From positions 74,157,604 through 74,221,603 of the forward strand of contig NC_057718.1 of assembly GCF_004010195.1 (NCBI RefSeq): a DNA stretch of 64,000 nt, written 5' to 3'. The notes beneath the pieces were generated by a model. That model saw only the letters and a list, made by a program, of their open reading frames with translations. It did no database searches and had not been told where the DNA came from. The position numbers were made by a program, and so were the translations under genes. Position 1 is the stretch's first letter. Every line of letters begins with the position of its first letter. Shown piece after piece: positions 38,319-51,339 of the stretch. The stretch comes from Chiloscyllium plagiosum (taxonomy: Eukaryota).

Positions 38319-39399
38319 CCATGTCTCTGATATGCTCATGACGAACAACAGTGGGCTCAGTGCTGACATTTGTGGGACAACGCTTGTCACAGGCCTCCAG
38401 TCTGAAAAACAACCCACCATCACCACTCTCTGTCTCCTACCATAAAGCCAATTTTGTATCCAATTGGCAAGTTCACCCTGAATCCCATGTGGTCTGACTT
38501 TACTAATTAGTCTACCAAATGGAATCATGGATCTATTGCTCTGTCTCAATTCTTTTGGTTACTTCCTCAAAAAGCTCAAATCAAGTTTGAAATAAACTCT
38601 TTCTCTTGCACAAAGCCATGCTCACTTTCCCTAATTAGTCCTTGCCTCTCCAAATGCACGTAAATCCTATCAGTCAGAATCACCTCCAACAACTTACCCA
38701 AGACTGATGTCAAGCTCATAGATCTATAGTTCCTAGGTGTCTCCTTACAGCCTTTCTTAAACAAAGGCAAAACATTAGCCACCCTCCAGTCCTCTAGCAC
38801 CTCATCCATGGTTATAGATGATACATATATTTCTGTGAGGGGTCCCACAATTTCTTCCCTAATTTCCCGCGACATCCTGGGATAAACTTGATCAGGTCCC
38901 AGAGATTTAACCACCTTTATGTTTTCTAAGGCTTCCAGCACTTCCTCTTTTGTAATGAGAACTGTTTTCAAGACATCTGTATTTGTTTCCCCAAGTTCTC
39001 TCACCTCCATTTATTTGTCTACAGCAAAAACTAATGCAAAATATTCATTTAGTCTCTCACTCATCTCCTGTGATTAAACATGATCTTTTAAGGAGTCTTA
39101 TTCTCTTTCTATTTGCTCTTTCGCTCTTAATTTACTTGTAGAATGTCTTTGCATTATCCTTAATCTTATCTGCCAAGGTTCTCTCATTTCCCTCTCTGCC
39201 TTCCTTATTTCCCTCCTTAAGAATGACCCTACACTTTTTATGCTTGGCTGTATTTCAGCAGCTAGAAGACAATTTGTGTCATTGAGGTTATATTCACAGC
39301 ATGACTGACAGTTTTAAGAAGTTTTTAATGGATTACATGTCTTTGATGTAATTACTGATTAAATGTTTCCATTTATAACAATGATTAGTTGATGAGATT

Positions 39400-41910
39400 T
39401 ACTTTTGTTTAAATTGGGTCTAAATTATTTTACTTGGAAGAGGATAAGAATGGGCCTGAAATCAAAGTTCTAAACTGTTTGAAGGCTGAGTTTAATAAAA
39501 TCAGATATGTTTTGGTCAGAGTGGACTGGGGCAGATACTTTCAGATAAATCAGTCTCAGAACAGTGGAATGTGTTCAAGATGGAAAAAATGGAGAGTATT
39601 TGGCTAAAAGGGTCCAATAAAGAGAAAGAGATCTTCAAATCGTGTCAACTCTAGATAACAAAGATATACATCATTGGATAAAGAGGAAGAGAAGTGAGGC
39701 TTATGATAAATGTCGACAGCTGTAAACAGCAGACACCCTACAGGACTAATGTGCAAGAGGGAACTTGAAAAGATTAAGAGAGTTAAAAGGTTACACAAAA
39801 AGATGCTGACAGATAAAACAAAAGAAAAATTGAGGTTGTTTTAACAGCACATTGAGGTTAAAAAATAATGAGCGGAAGAATAGGGCCCATTGAGGACTAT
39901 AGTGGTAATTTGAGCATGGAGCCAGAGGATGTAAGTAGAGTTCCAAATAAATACTTTGTGTCGGTGTTCACTAATGAGAGGGATGATATGGGTGTGGAAA
40001 TCAGGGAGAAGGTCTGTGATGCAATTAAAAGAATTACCATAAATAGAGAGGAGGTTCTGAGTAGTCTGGCGAGCTTAAAAATAGATATGGCCAGGGCCAA
40101 AGGAAATTTATCACAGATTGTGGGAGACAAGGAAGGAAATAGCAGAGGCACTTGCAAAAATTTCCCAATTGCACTCTGGCTACAGGAGACATGCTGGAGG
40201 ACTGGAAGACAGCCAGTCTGATACCATTACTCAAGAGGGAGCAAGGGATAAATCAGGAAATGTGGCCTGTCAGTGTAACCTTATTGATGGATAATCTATT
40301 GGGACAATTCTGAGGGACAGAATTAATCTGCATTTGGAGAGGCAGGGATTAAATCAAGAATAAAGTTAAATTGGCTTTGTTAAGGGAAGGTCATGTTTGA
40401 GGAACTTGATGGAATGTTTCGCAGAGGTGACAAGGTGTGTAGATGAGGGCAATACTTTTGATGTAGTATATTTGGACTTCAGCAAACCTTTTGAGACAAT
40501 CCTACATGTGAGATCGATATCAAAAGGAAGAGCCCATGGGATCCAAGGAAATTGGCAAATTTAATCCACAATTTGCTCAGTAGCAGGAAGCAGAGGGATA
40601 GTTCCAGCGTCTCTCCCTGACTGAAATTGTATCCAGTGGGGTCCCACAAGGGTTATTGGTGGGGCCCTTCCTGATTGTGGGTTACATAAATGATTTAGAC
40701 TTCAGTGTACGAGGGCTGATCAGTAAGTTCGCACATGTTACAAAAATTGGTTGAGTACTAAGAATGAGGAAAATAGCCTTAGTCTACAAGAGGATATAGA
40801 TATGTAGGTCAGATGGGCTAATTGATGGCAAATTTATTTCAGTCTGGATAAACGTAAAGTGATGCCTTGTTTGTCCTGTCCAAATGCAAGAGAATACATA
40901 ATGGATACAGGGTCCTGGGAAGTACAGAGCATCCGAGGGACCTTGAGAGCATGTATACTGGCCCCCGAAGGTACAGGACAGGTGGTTAAGAGGGCAAATG
41001 GTACACTTGCCTTTATTAGCCGAGGCATTAAGAGCAGAGAGGTTATGCTGAAATTATATACAATGTTGGTTAGGCTACAGCTGGAGTGTTGTGTGTACTT
41101 CTGGGATCCAAATTATAGAAGGGATATAATAGCACTGGAGGGGTGCACAAGGGATTTATCAGAATGTTGCCTGGGCTGAAGAGTTTTAGTTAAGAAGAGA
41201 TTTGACAGATTAGGGTTATTTTCCTTAGTGCAGAGGAAATTAAGAGAGGTCATGATTGAGATGTACAAAATTGAGGGGCACAGATAGAGTAGACAGAAAG
41301 AAACATTCCACTTTGAATCATTGAATTACAACAATGGAAACAGACTATTTGGCCCACCAAGTCCACACTGACCCTCTGAAGACCATCCCACCCAGACCCA
41401 TTCCCCTACCCTATCCCTGTAACCCTGCATTTTCCATGGCTAATACACCTAATCTGCACATCTTTGGACTGTGGGAGGAAACTGGAACACTCGGAGACAG
41501 ACTCTCACGCAAACACAGGGGGAATGTGCAAACTCTACACAGACAGTCGCCTAAGGTTGAAATCAAACCCAGGTCCCTGGCACTGAGAGGCAGCAGTGCT
41601 AACCACTGAGTCGCCGTGCCGCCCATAATGGAGGGATTAATGACCATAGGTAAGGGCAGAATGTTTAGAGGAGATGTGAAGAAAAACTTTTTCTGGTGGG
41701 TATCTGGAACTTGCTGCCTGTAACAGTATTTGAGGCAGAAATCCTCATAACATTTCAGTTGCATTTAGAAGTGCACTTGTGCTGTCAAGGCATGGAAGGG
41801 TATGGGCCAAGAGCTGGAAAATGAAATTAGAATAGTTAGATGGTTGTTTTTGACTGGTCTGAACACATGGGTCAATGGGCCTTTTTCTGTGCTGTAGGTT
41901 TTTATAGCTC
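39400..41910 (+). mobile_element. CR1 LINE, decayed, with nested HE1
   Basis: ORF2 remnants (PNKYFVSVFT; EVMLKLYTMLVRLQLECCVYFWDP) and 3' UTR. Confidence 0.85.
41314..41624 (-). mobile_element. HE1 SINE inserted in CR1
   Basis: Reverse-complement head (gccgtgccgccc), central domain and tail. Confidence 0.88.
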
Positions 41911-44239
41911 TAATTATTATGATTTTCAGTGACAGCTATACTTAATTATTAGAGGGTGCATTGTTAAACCTGGTTCAAAGAATTCTCATTGATGTTACAT
42001 GGTTCCTGGGGACTGTACCAACTGAGACAGTGTTATGGAGACTGCATTGGGAGTATTACAGAGTATTGGGTTTGGAAGGATATAGAGAACATAGTGTATG
42101 GAGGGCATGAGAGGACATGAAAGCAATGAGTTGGGCGAGAGCTGGACTGACACGGCAGTGAACCGAGACAGGATGTCTGATGAGCCCACCTTGTCACCTA
42201 CAATCCTTTGACATTGGGTTGGGAGTTGGAAAACCTGAACAATGTCAAACCACATCTTCAAGTAAATAAAAATATGGCAAGTCTGGGTAGAGGACAGGCA
42301 GAGGTTTCAAGAGTCAGGACATGGGTCTAAATCACATTTCCCTATTCAAAGACACAGACAGTCGCCTAAGGTTGAAATCAAACCCAGGTCCCTGGCACTG
42401 AGAGGCAGCAGCCCATAGTCACTGTTGTAATGCAGTAAATGTTGCAGTCAGTTTTCACTCAGTGAATGCAGCCAAGTGATGTGATAATGAGCAGATAATC
42501 TATGTTTTAGTAATACTAGTTGAGGGACAAATATTATCCAGTACACCAGGAAGAACTTGCCTTCTCACTGAATTCCAGAGCTGAATTTCAATTCACCTTT
42601 AACTCATCTCTTTCCTTCAACTGTTTCAGTAAAATTATTAACTCAGTATTAAAACAATAGCATAAAAATTTAAGTAATGTTCAGGAGCAGCAATGACAGT
42701 CTATGCTTTTAGCCAGTCAACAGTCGCTAACTTTGCAGCCATACAAGAGAATGGCCAAAAGTGAATTGGTGTGGGAATTGTCCCAGTATACATTTCCATC
42801 TTTCAAAGATATGCAGTGACAGAGGTGTCTCTTAGGATGTCTTTTTTTTCAAAAGTGCTCTTACACACAACTGATGCGCCCCAATCTCAAATCACCATGG
42901 TTTTTATTCATTAACCACCATCAGTAAATCACCAGTGTTTTCCAATTGAATTATTTTATGTACAAAGCCCATTAAGGGCAATGTAAATCATGAAAGGTGA
43001 GGAAGACATAGAGAGGGAGCTAAATCAAAATGAGGTTGGAACACAAGGTGTCTTTATTACTTAATGTACAACTAACGTATATTACCTGAACAAAGAGAAT
43101 GATCTGAAGGTATCCCTTTCCCTATCTTAGTTAAACAATATCAGATAGCCCACATTTTTCTTATAGAGTCATAGAGTTATAGAAATATAAAGCATGGAAA
43201 CAGATCATTCAGTCCAACTCATCCGTGCTGACCAGATATGCTTAACTGATCTAGTCCCAGCATGGGCCAGCATTTGGCCCATATTCCTCTAAACCCATCT
43301 TATTTATGTACACATACAAATGTTTTTTAAATGTTGTAATTGTGCCCACTCTGCCACCATCTCTGGCAGCTCATTCCCTTTGCATGTAAAGGTTACTCAT
43401 CAGGCTCATTTTAAATCTTTTCCCTCTCACCTTAAACCTATGCCCTCTTGTTTTGGACTCCCCTATCCTGGGAAAAAGACCTTTACCATTCATCCTATCC
43501 ATGCCCCTCATGATTTTATAAACCTCTATAAGGTCTCCCATCAGTCTCCAATCATCCAGGGGAAAAGCCCTAGACTACTCAGTCTCTACCTGCAGCTCAA
43601 ACCCACTAGTGCTGGCAAAATCCATGTAAGAGGAGAGAGTGAGGACTGCTGGTACTGGAGATCAGAGCTGAAAATGTGTTGCTGGAAAAGCGCAGCAGGT
43701 CAGGCAGCATCCAAGGAACAGGAGAATCGACGTTTCGGGCATAAGCCCTTCAGGAATGAGGAAAGTGTGCCCAGCAGGCTAAGATAAAAGGTAGGGAGGA
43801 GGGACTTGGGGGAGGGGCGTTGGAAATGTGATAGGTGGAAGGAGGTCAAGGTGAGGGTGATAGGCCAGAGTGGGGTGTGGATATATTTCCCTCCCCTCCC
43901 CTATCAGCATTCCAATCAAGACCACTCCCTCCGGGACTCCCTCGTCAGATCCACACTCCCCACCAACCCAACCTCCACTCCCGGTACTTTCCCCTGCAAC
44001 CGCTGGAGGTGCAAGACTTGCGCCCACACCTCCCCCCTCACCTTCCTCCAAGGCCCCAAAGGAAACTTCCATATCCGCCACAGATTCACTTGCACCTCCA
44101 CACACATCATCTATTGCATCCTCTGCACCCGATGTGGCCTCCTCTATATTGGGGAGACAGGCCGCCTACTTGCGGAACGTTTCAGAGAACTCCTCTGGGA
44201 CACCCGGACCAACCAACCCAACCACCCCGTAGCCCAACT

Positions 44240-45197
44240 NNNNNNNNNNNNNNNNNNNNNNNNNNNNNNNNNNNNNNNNNNNNNNNNNNNNNNNNNNNNN
44301 NNNNNNNNNNNNNNNNNNNNNNNNNNNNNNNNNNNNNNNNNNNNNNNNNNNNNNNNNNNNNNNNNNNNNNNNNNNNNNNNNNNNNNNNNNNNNNNNNNNN
44401 NNNNNNNNNNNNNNNNNNNNNNNNNNNNNNNNNNNNNNNNNNNNNNNNNNNNNNNNNNNNNNNNNNNNNNNNNNNNNNNNNNNNNNNNNNNNNNNNNNNN
44501 NNNNNNNNNNNNNNNNNNNNNNNNNNNNNNNNNNNNNNNNNNNNNNNNNNNNNNNNNNNNNNNNNNNNNNNNNNNNNNNNNNNNNNNNNNNNNNNNNNNN
44601 NNNNNNNNNNNNNNNNNNNNNNNNNNNNNNNNNNNNNNNNNNNNNNNNNNNNNNNNNNNNNNNNNNNNNNNNNNNNNNNNNNNNNNNNNNNNNNNNNNNN
44701 NNNNNNNNNNNNNNNNNNNNNNNNNNNNNNNNNNNNNNNNNNNNNNNNNNNNNNNNNNNNNNNNNNNNNNNNNNNNNNNNNNNNNNNNNNNNNNNNNNNN
44801 NNNNNNNNNNNNNNNNNNNNNNNNNNNNNNNNNNNNNNNNNNNNNNNNNNNNNNNNNNNNNNNNNNNNNNNNNNNNNNNNNNNNNNNNNNNNNNNNNNNN
44901 NNNNNNNNNNNNNNNNNNNNNNNNNNNNNNNNNNNNNNNNNNNNNNNNNNNNNNNNNNNNNNNNNNNNNNNNNNNNNNNNNNNNNNNNNNNNNNNNNNNN
45001 NNNNNNNNNNNNNNNNNNNNNNNNNNNNNNNNNNNNNNNNNNNNNNNNNNNNNNNNNNNNNNNNNNNNNNNNNNNNNNNNNNNNNNNNNNNNNNNNNNNN
45101 NNNNNNNNNNNNNNNNNNNNNNNNNNNNNNNNNNNNNNNNNNNNNNNNNNNNNNNNNNNNNNNNNNNNNNNNNNNNNNNNNNNNNNNNNNNNNNNNN
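44240..45197. other. Assembly gap (958 N)
   Basis: Run of N. Confidence 1.
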
Positions 45198-45298
45198 CCC
45201 TCACCTTGACCTCCTTCCACCTATCGCATTTCCAACACCCTTCCCCCAAGTCCCTCCTCCCTACCTTTTATCTTAGCCTGCTGGGCACACTTTCCTCA

Positions 45299-45332
45299 TT
45301 CCTGAAGAAGGGCTTATGCCCGAAACGTCGAT
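45299..45332 (+). ncRNA. Minimal hammerhead ribozyme motif (PLE family B)
   Basis: UC CUGAAGA A GGGC UUAU GCCC GAA ACGU C GA: full core, 4-bp stem II, palindromic ACGU stem III, GUC cleavage triplet. Confidence 0.75.
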
Positions 45333-45605
45333 TCTCCTGTTCCTTGGATGCCGCCTGACCTGCTGCGCTTTTCCAGCAACACATTTTCAGCAACATCTAT
45401 GTAAGGCTTTTCTTCACCCTTTCAAGTGTAACAACATCTTTCCTCAAGCATAGAAATCAGAATTGAACTCAGCAGTCTAAAAGTGGCCTCACCCAATGCA
45501 CTCTACAGCGCAACATAATGTCTTAACTCCTACATTAAGCGCACTGATGCCAAATGTCTTCTTCACCACCCTGTTTACCTGCAACTCCACTTTTAAGGAA
45601 CTATG

Positions 45606-46388
45606 TCAAGAGTGTGGTGGTGGAACAGCAAGTCACGCAGCATCCGAAGAGCAGGAGAATCAACGTTTTGGGCAAGAGTCCTTCATCAGGAATGAGGATG
45701 GGAGCCTCGGAGGTGGAATGATAAATGGGAGGGGGTTGAGGCTGCGGGGAAGGTAGCTGAGAGTGCCATAGGTAGATGGAGGTGAGGGTAATGGTGATAG
45801 GTTAGAGAGGAGGGTGGAGCGGATAGATGGGAAGGAAGATGGACAACTGGGACGAAATGGAAGTTTGAAACTGGGTTAAGCTGAGGGGAGGGAAATGAGG
45901 AAACTAGTGGTCCATATTGATGCCGTGTGGTCCATCCCTGTTCCCTTACCACTCAACGCTTGGAGGAAGAACACCTCATCTTCCACCTTGGGACCCTCCA
46001 ACTCCATGGGATCAATGTGGATTTCACCAGTTCCCTCATTTTCCATCCCTCCACCTTATCCCAGTTCCAACCTTCCAACTCAGCACTGCCCTTATGACCT
46101 GTCTACCTGTCCATCTTCCTTCACACCAATCCGCTCCACCCTCCTCTCTGACCTATCACCTTCACCCCCACATCCATCTACCTATCATATTCTCAGCTAC
46201 CTTCCCCCCAGTCCCACTCCCTCCCATTTAATTCTGTACCCTCTCAGCTCACAAGCCTCACTCCTGATGAAGGGCTCTTGCCTGAAATGTCAATTCTCCT
46301 GCTCCGCGGATGCTGCCTGACCTGCTGTGCATTTCCAGCACCACAGCCTGGACTCTGATTTCCAGCATCTGCAGTCCTCACCTTCTCC
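45606..46388. mobile_element. PLE family B inverted pair (minus 45606-45935, plus 45935-46388)
   Basis: Two opposed family B termini with C-rich/G-rich 3' UTR. Confidence 0.8.
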
Positions 46389-46389
46389 A

Positions 46390-48610
46390 AGGTGCGAAGA
46401 TGATCTATGATAGAGTGATGTGCTCTTCCTGTCAGATGTGGGAGTTTAGGGAGAGTTTCTTTGTTACTAATGATGTTGTCTACAGGAAGTGTGTTTGGTT
46501 GCGAGTCCTATCAGATCGCATGGCTTGATTGGAGTGGCAGTTAGAGGCAATGAGGAATTTACAGGAGCTCGGGAGTGTGATGGATGGCAGTTATAGGAAG
46601 GGAGAAAAACCACAGATAGAGTCAGGTAGATTGGTTATCTCCAGGAAAAGCAGGACAGGGAGGCAGGTAATGCAGCCGTCTCTTGTAGCTATCCCCATCT
46701 CAAACAAGTATGCTGTTTTGGAAAATGTACGGGGTGATGAACTCTCAGGGGAATGTAGCACAAACAGCCAAGGTTATGATACTGAGAATGGCTCTAATAT
46801 AATGAGGGGTATGTCAGGTTCCAAGTGATTGATTACGATAGGGGACTGTCTAGCCAGAGGCACAGATAAGCATTTCTGCGGCCGACAGCGAGAAATCAGA
46901 ATGCTGTATTGCTTCCCAGGTGCCGGGATCAAGGATATCTCAGAGACAGTGCAGAATATTCCCAAAGGGAAGAAGGACCAGCAGGAGGTTGTTGTCCACA
47001 TTGGAACTAACAACATTGGAAGTGAAAGGATGAGATTCTGAAGGGAGAATATAGAAGGTTAGGCAGGAGTTTAAAAAGGATGTCCTTGAGGGTAGTAACA
47101 TCTGGATTACTCCCCGTGCTACGAGCTAGTGAGGGTAGGAATAGGAGGTTAGAGCAGATGAATGTGTGGCTGAGGAGCTGGTGCAGGGAAGAAGGGTTCA
47201 TATTTTTGGATCATTGGAATCTCTTCTGAGGTAGACGTGACCTGCACAAAAAGGATGGATTGCACCAGAATTGTAAAGGGACTAATATACTGCCAGGGAG
47301 ATTTGCTGGAGCTACTCAGGAGGATTTAAACTAGTAAGATGGCGGGTGTGGAGGTGTGGGTGGGACCTAGAAAGATAGTGAGGCAAGAGATCAGGCTGAG
47401 ACTGGAATAGTTGGGAAAAGGAGCAAGTCAAACAGTCAGGGCACACAGGAATGAAGCAGAGAACGAGGTAGGACTGATAAATTAAACTGCATTTATTTCA
47501 ATGCAAGAGGCCTAACGGAAGGCAGATGAACTCAGGGCATGGTTAGGAACATGGGACTGGGATATCATAGCAATTACGGAAACATGGTTCAGGAATGGGC
47601 AGGACTGGCAGCTTAATGTTCCAGGATACAAATGCTACAGGAAAAATAGAAATGGAGGCAAGAGAGGAGGGGGAGGGGCGGTTTTGACAAAGGATAACAT
47701 AAGTGCTGTATTTAGAGAGGATATTCCTGGAAGTACATCCACAGAAGTTAGTTGGGTGAACTGAGAAATAAGAAAGAGATCATTATCTTATTGGGATTGT
47801 GGTATAGAACCCCCCCTCCACCACCACCAACAATAGTCAGCAGGATATTGAGAAACAAATCTGTAAGGAGATCTCAGTCATCTGTAAGAATAACAAGGTG
47901 GTTATGGTAGGAGATTTTAACTTTCCACAGACTGGGACTACCATCGTTTTAAGGGTTTAGATGGTGAGGAATTTGTTAAGTGCGTATAAGAAAATTTTCT
48001 GATTCAGTATGTAGATGTATTTAATACAGATGCAAAATTTGACCTGCTCTTTGGAAATAAGGCAGGGCAAGTGACTGAGATATTGGGGGGGGTGGGGGGA
48101 ACTTTGGAGCCAGCGACTATAACTCAATTATTTTTAACGTAGTGATGGAAAAGGATAGACTAGATCTAAAAGTTGAAGAAACAAATTGGGGGAAGGTCAA
48201 TTTTGGCAGTATTAGGCAGGAACTTTCCAAAGTTAATTGGAGGCGGATGTTCGCAGGTAAAGGGACGGCTGGAATATGGGAAGCCTTCAGAAATGAGATA
48301 ACAGAATCCAGAGAGAGTATGTTCCTATTAGGATAAAAGGCAAGGCTGTAAGGTATAGGGAATGCTGGATGGAGAAATTGAGGCTTTCTTCAAGGAGAAG
48401 AAGGAAGCATATGTCAGGTATAGACAGCAGAGATAGAGTGAATCCCTAAAACAGTCTAAAGGCAGAATGAGTATACTTAAGAGAGAAATCAGGAGGGCAA
48501 AAAGGGGACGTGGGATAGCTTTGGCAAATAGGGTTAAGGAGTATCCAAAGGGTTTGTATAAATACATTAAGGACAAAAGGGTAACTAGGGAGAGAATAGG
48601 GCCCCTCAAA
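46390..48610 (+). mobile_element. CR1 LINE 5' part: ORF1 (zinc finger, SGNH esterase) and ORF2 endonuclease, decayed
   Basis: MCSSCQMWE..RKCVWL; IGDCLARG..FPGA..VVVHIGTN; CIYFNARGL..DIIAITETW. Confidence 0.88.
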
Positions 48611-48611
48611 G

Positions 48612-48742
48612 AACCTGACAAAGGGTTCTTGCCCAAAGCGTTGATTCTCCTGCTCCTTGGATGCTGCCTGACCTACTGTGCTTTTCCAGTACCACACTCT
48701 CGACTCTGATCTCCAACACCTGCAGTCCTCACTTTCTTCTTT
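48612..48742 (+). mobile_element. PLE family B terminal fragment
   Basis: cctgacaaagggttcttgccc...gatgctgcctgacc...ctgcagtcctcacttt. Confidence 0.78.
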
Positions 48743-49271
48743 CAAGAAACTATGTTTTCAGACAGGAAGTCCCACAGTAATGTGATAATATCGGATCATC
48801 TGTTTTATGTAATACTAGTAAGGAAGAAATATTGACTCAAATGCTAAAGAGTATACTCCTTTCTTTTCCAAGTGGGCATGTCTTGTGCCCAGCTGAGTGA
48901 GAGTTGGGCAAAAAGTGCAGAGTCTCCTCTGGCCAGAGCGAACTGCTGCCAATCTCCAAGTTTAAGTCATTGTCTAGTCCACTGGCAAGTCTTGACCAAC
49001 TGCCCATGGCTATTCATTTAATTTGAGAAGACTATTAAGAAAATTAGGGGAAAAAAGACATACTAAACAAAAAGACACTAACTGTGTCCCTTTGTGAATA
49101 TTTCTCTCACACAAAGCTAAAATGGCATTTTCCACAGGATGATAGTTGTGCCTGGCTAACTGAAGTGAGTATTCTACGTGTCAGCTGTTGCATCTCAGCA
49201 CTGTTTTCCTGGTGCTGGGATCAAATTTTTGAAATAAATAGCACAGAGGTTTCCACACAAATGTTTCTTAC

Positions 49272-49426
49272 CATGGCTTCACAAATTAAATTCCCCATAT
49301 TGCACTCACGATTCCTGCATTCTTCTCTTGTTCCGTTCAGATAAACCAGTGTTTTCCCAATGTATTCCTTTCCAAAGCTCGCAAGTGCTTTTTTCCAGCT
49401 GTTTACATCAGCCAGTAGCACTTTAT
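49272..49426 (-). CDS. NT5E: NT5E exon 5
   Basis: catatag|AT AAA GTG...GCC ATG|gtaaga; 155 bp; (D)KVLLADVNSWKKALASFGKEYIGKTLVYLNGTREECRNRECNMGNLICEAM; phase continues exon 4. Confidence 0.96.
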
Positions 49427-49899
49427 CTATATGTAAGGCAGGAGACAAAGGGTTAATGCCTTTCATTGGATTAAATAATACCTTAATAGTTTTTCCTACT
49501 GTTTGAAAAATTAACTGGTATTTGTATTTATATCATGCCTCTAATTGGTAAACGTCCTGGGATTTCACAAAGCATTATCAAACATCAAATCACAATGAAA
49601 TATTTGAACCAAAAGCTTGGGTCAAACAGCATTGCTTCAAGGTGTGTTTTAAAAGGAGGAGCAAGAGATGGAAAAAGTTGGAATTATTTGGAGAAGAAAT
49701 TCCAGAACTTCGGGAGGCATCTGAAAGCATAGCCACCAATGATAGAGTGATTAAAATCAGGGATGCATGAGAAATCAGATGTAGAAAATTGCAGAGCTGT
49801 CAAAGTACCACAGAATCTTTTATGGCCAGGCCAGATGATGCTTTTCTTTCATGTTTCTTCTGATATCACTGTGTCCTGAAACACTCATACATGTGTCAG

Positions 49900-50225
49900 T
49901 GAGTACCGCACTCACCCTCTGAGAAGGTTCAATTCCAGGATATTGACAGAGAAGTTAAGGCTGACACTTGGTGCAGTACTGAGAGAATGCTGCACTGTTG
50001 GAGGACTGTTGGTCTTTTGGGTGAGGTATTTAACTAACGTCCCATTTATCTATACAGATGAATGTAAAAGAATGCATGACAATATTTTTGAAGAAGAGGC
50101 ACGGAGTTTTCCCCAGTAGTCAATTAAAAGATTGCAATCCAATATGCGGACTGCAAACTCCCAGAAACAGCAATGTTTTTACATCACAACAGTGACTGTG
50201 CTTCAAAGTACGTTATTGACTTTAA
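49900..50225 (+). mobile_element. Deu-domain SINE
   Basis: gtgcagtactgagagaatgctgcactgttggagg..gaagaagaggcacggagtt..acaacagtgactgtgcttcaaagtac. Confidence 0.65.
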
Positions 50226-50544
50226 AAAAAAACATGTGGCTGAATCCAATGTCGAGATTTTCGGAAGGTTTGTCAGCACGAGGCCAAGCAAGTTCTCTCG
50301 CTGTATCCCACCAAACTCACCATTGTCAACTCTTCCTCAAGGCATCTCTCACATTTGTTTTCCTTGCTTTTCACAGAACAACTTGCCACTCAGCAGATAA
50401 CTGCTGAAAAATAGTTCCTGTGCTCATGCTATCTTTAAAACACTGCAGTGAATTTGGGCAAGCACTGACATTCCAAAGTTGCCTAGCTCATTTAAGGCTG
50501 GATCCACAAGGTGGCAGAGAAGGGGAATATGGGAACATGACTCA

Positions 50545-50990
50545 TCATAAGGGACCTAGAGATGCTGATGGATAGGGTGATGCAGAGGAGGGCCATCCTC
50601 TTCTTAGAGGACTGTCAGAGGAGGCCATGTTGCCACACCTTGCCAGTCAGCTTTGAGGTTACTGCCCAGGTCAATGCCATCTCAGTGGTGCAGAACAGAA
50701 GTCAGTAGCTCTGCCAGAATAAGTGTCATATTCTTCTCGCTGCCACCTCTGAGGCACTATCTATAACATCTTCCCTCACTGCTTTTACCCAGTCTCCCAC
50801 AACAGTAACCCTGCAAGTCCTCTATGCTGCCTCTTTTATCCCACATGTTCCAGCACTCATAGCCATGTCTCCCACGAATAATCACACTTATTCACTGTCT
50901 TATTCTCATTGCAGGAGAAGACAGCCCATAACAGGATACAAAGATGCCTGATGGGTCAAGAGGTACCTGACATCAGGCTCTGTAGCCACT
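50545..50990 (+). mobile_element. PIF/Harbinger Myb/SANT-like ORF fossil
   Basis: RDLEMLMDRVMQRRAILF..FEVTAQVNAISVVQNRSQ*LCQNK, then acceptor cattgcag|EKTAHNR..PDIRL. Confidence 0.55.
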
Positions 50991-51339
50991 AATAAACTGT
51001 AAGATGTAGGAGCAGAAATAGATCAATCAGCTCATCAAGTCTTCTCCACCATTCAATCAGATCACAACTGATCTGAAATCTTCAACTCCACTTCTCTGAC
51101 TTTTCCACACAAGCCTTGATTCCCTTACCAACTAAAAATCTCTCAGTCTTGAATATACATAATGACCCAGCCTTAACAACCTTTTACAGTAAAGAATTCC
51201 ACAGATTCACCACTCTCCAACAAGAAATTTCTTCTCATATCTATTTTAAAAGGACGACTCTTTTTTGTGAGATTATGCCTTCTGGTTCCAGATTCTCCCA
51301 CAGGGAAAACAACATTTCAGCATCTAATCTGTCAAGTTT

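Larger units (their letters stand above)
36490..39240 (-). mobile_element. CR1 LINE with two nested PLE insertions
   Basis: EDWRVANVLPLFKKG..NYRSMSLTSVLGKLLE; WRPVTSVVPQ; 3' UTR at ~36500. Confidence 0.88.
43631..45390 (+). mobile_element. PLE family B with inverted 5' terminal repeat (spans the assembly gap)
   Basis: Inverted terminus 43631-43880; GIY-YIG ORF HIIYCILCTRCGLLYIGETGRLLAERFRE; direct terminus 45198-45390; flanking duplication gcaaaatccatgtaag / gcaacatctatgtaag. Confidence 0.85.
43165..45605 (-). mobile_element. CR1 LINE 3' fragment hosting a PLE insertion
   Basis: CR1 3' UTR at 43165-43630 resumes at 45390-45605. Confidence 0.8.

Noticed and set aside
43806..45358. Long ORFs of 355-507 aa in the ORF track
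   Set aside because: Artefacts of reading through the 958-N gap; only the PLE GIY-YIG part before 44240 is real
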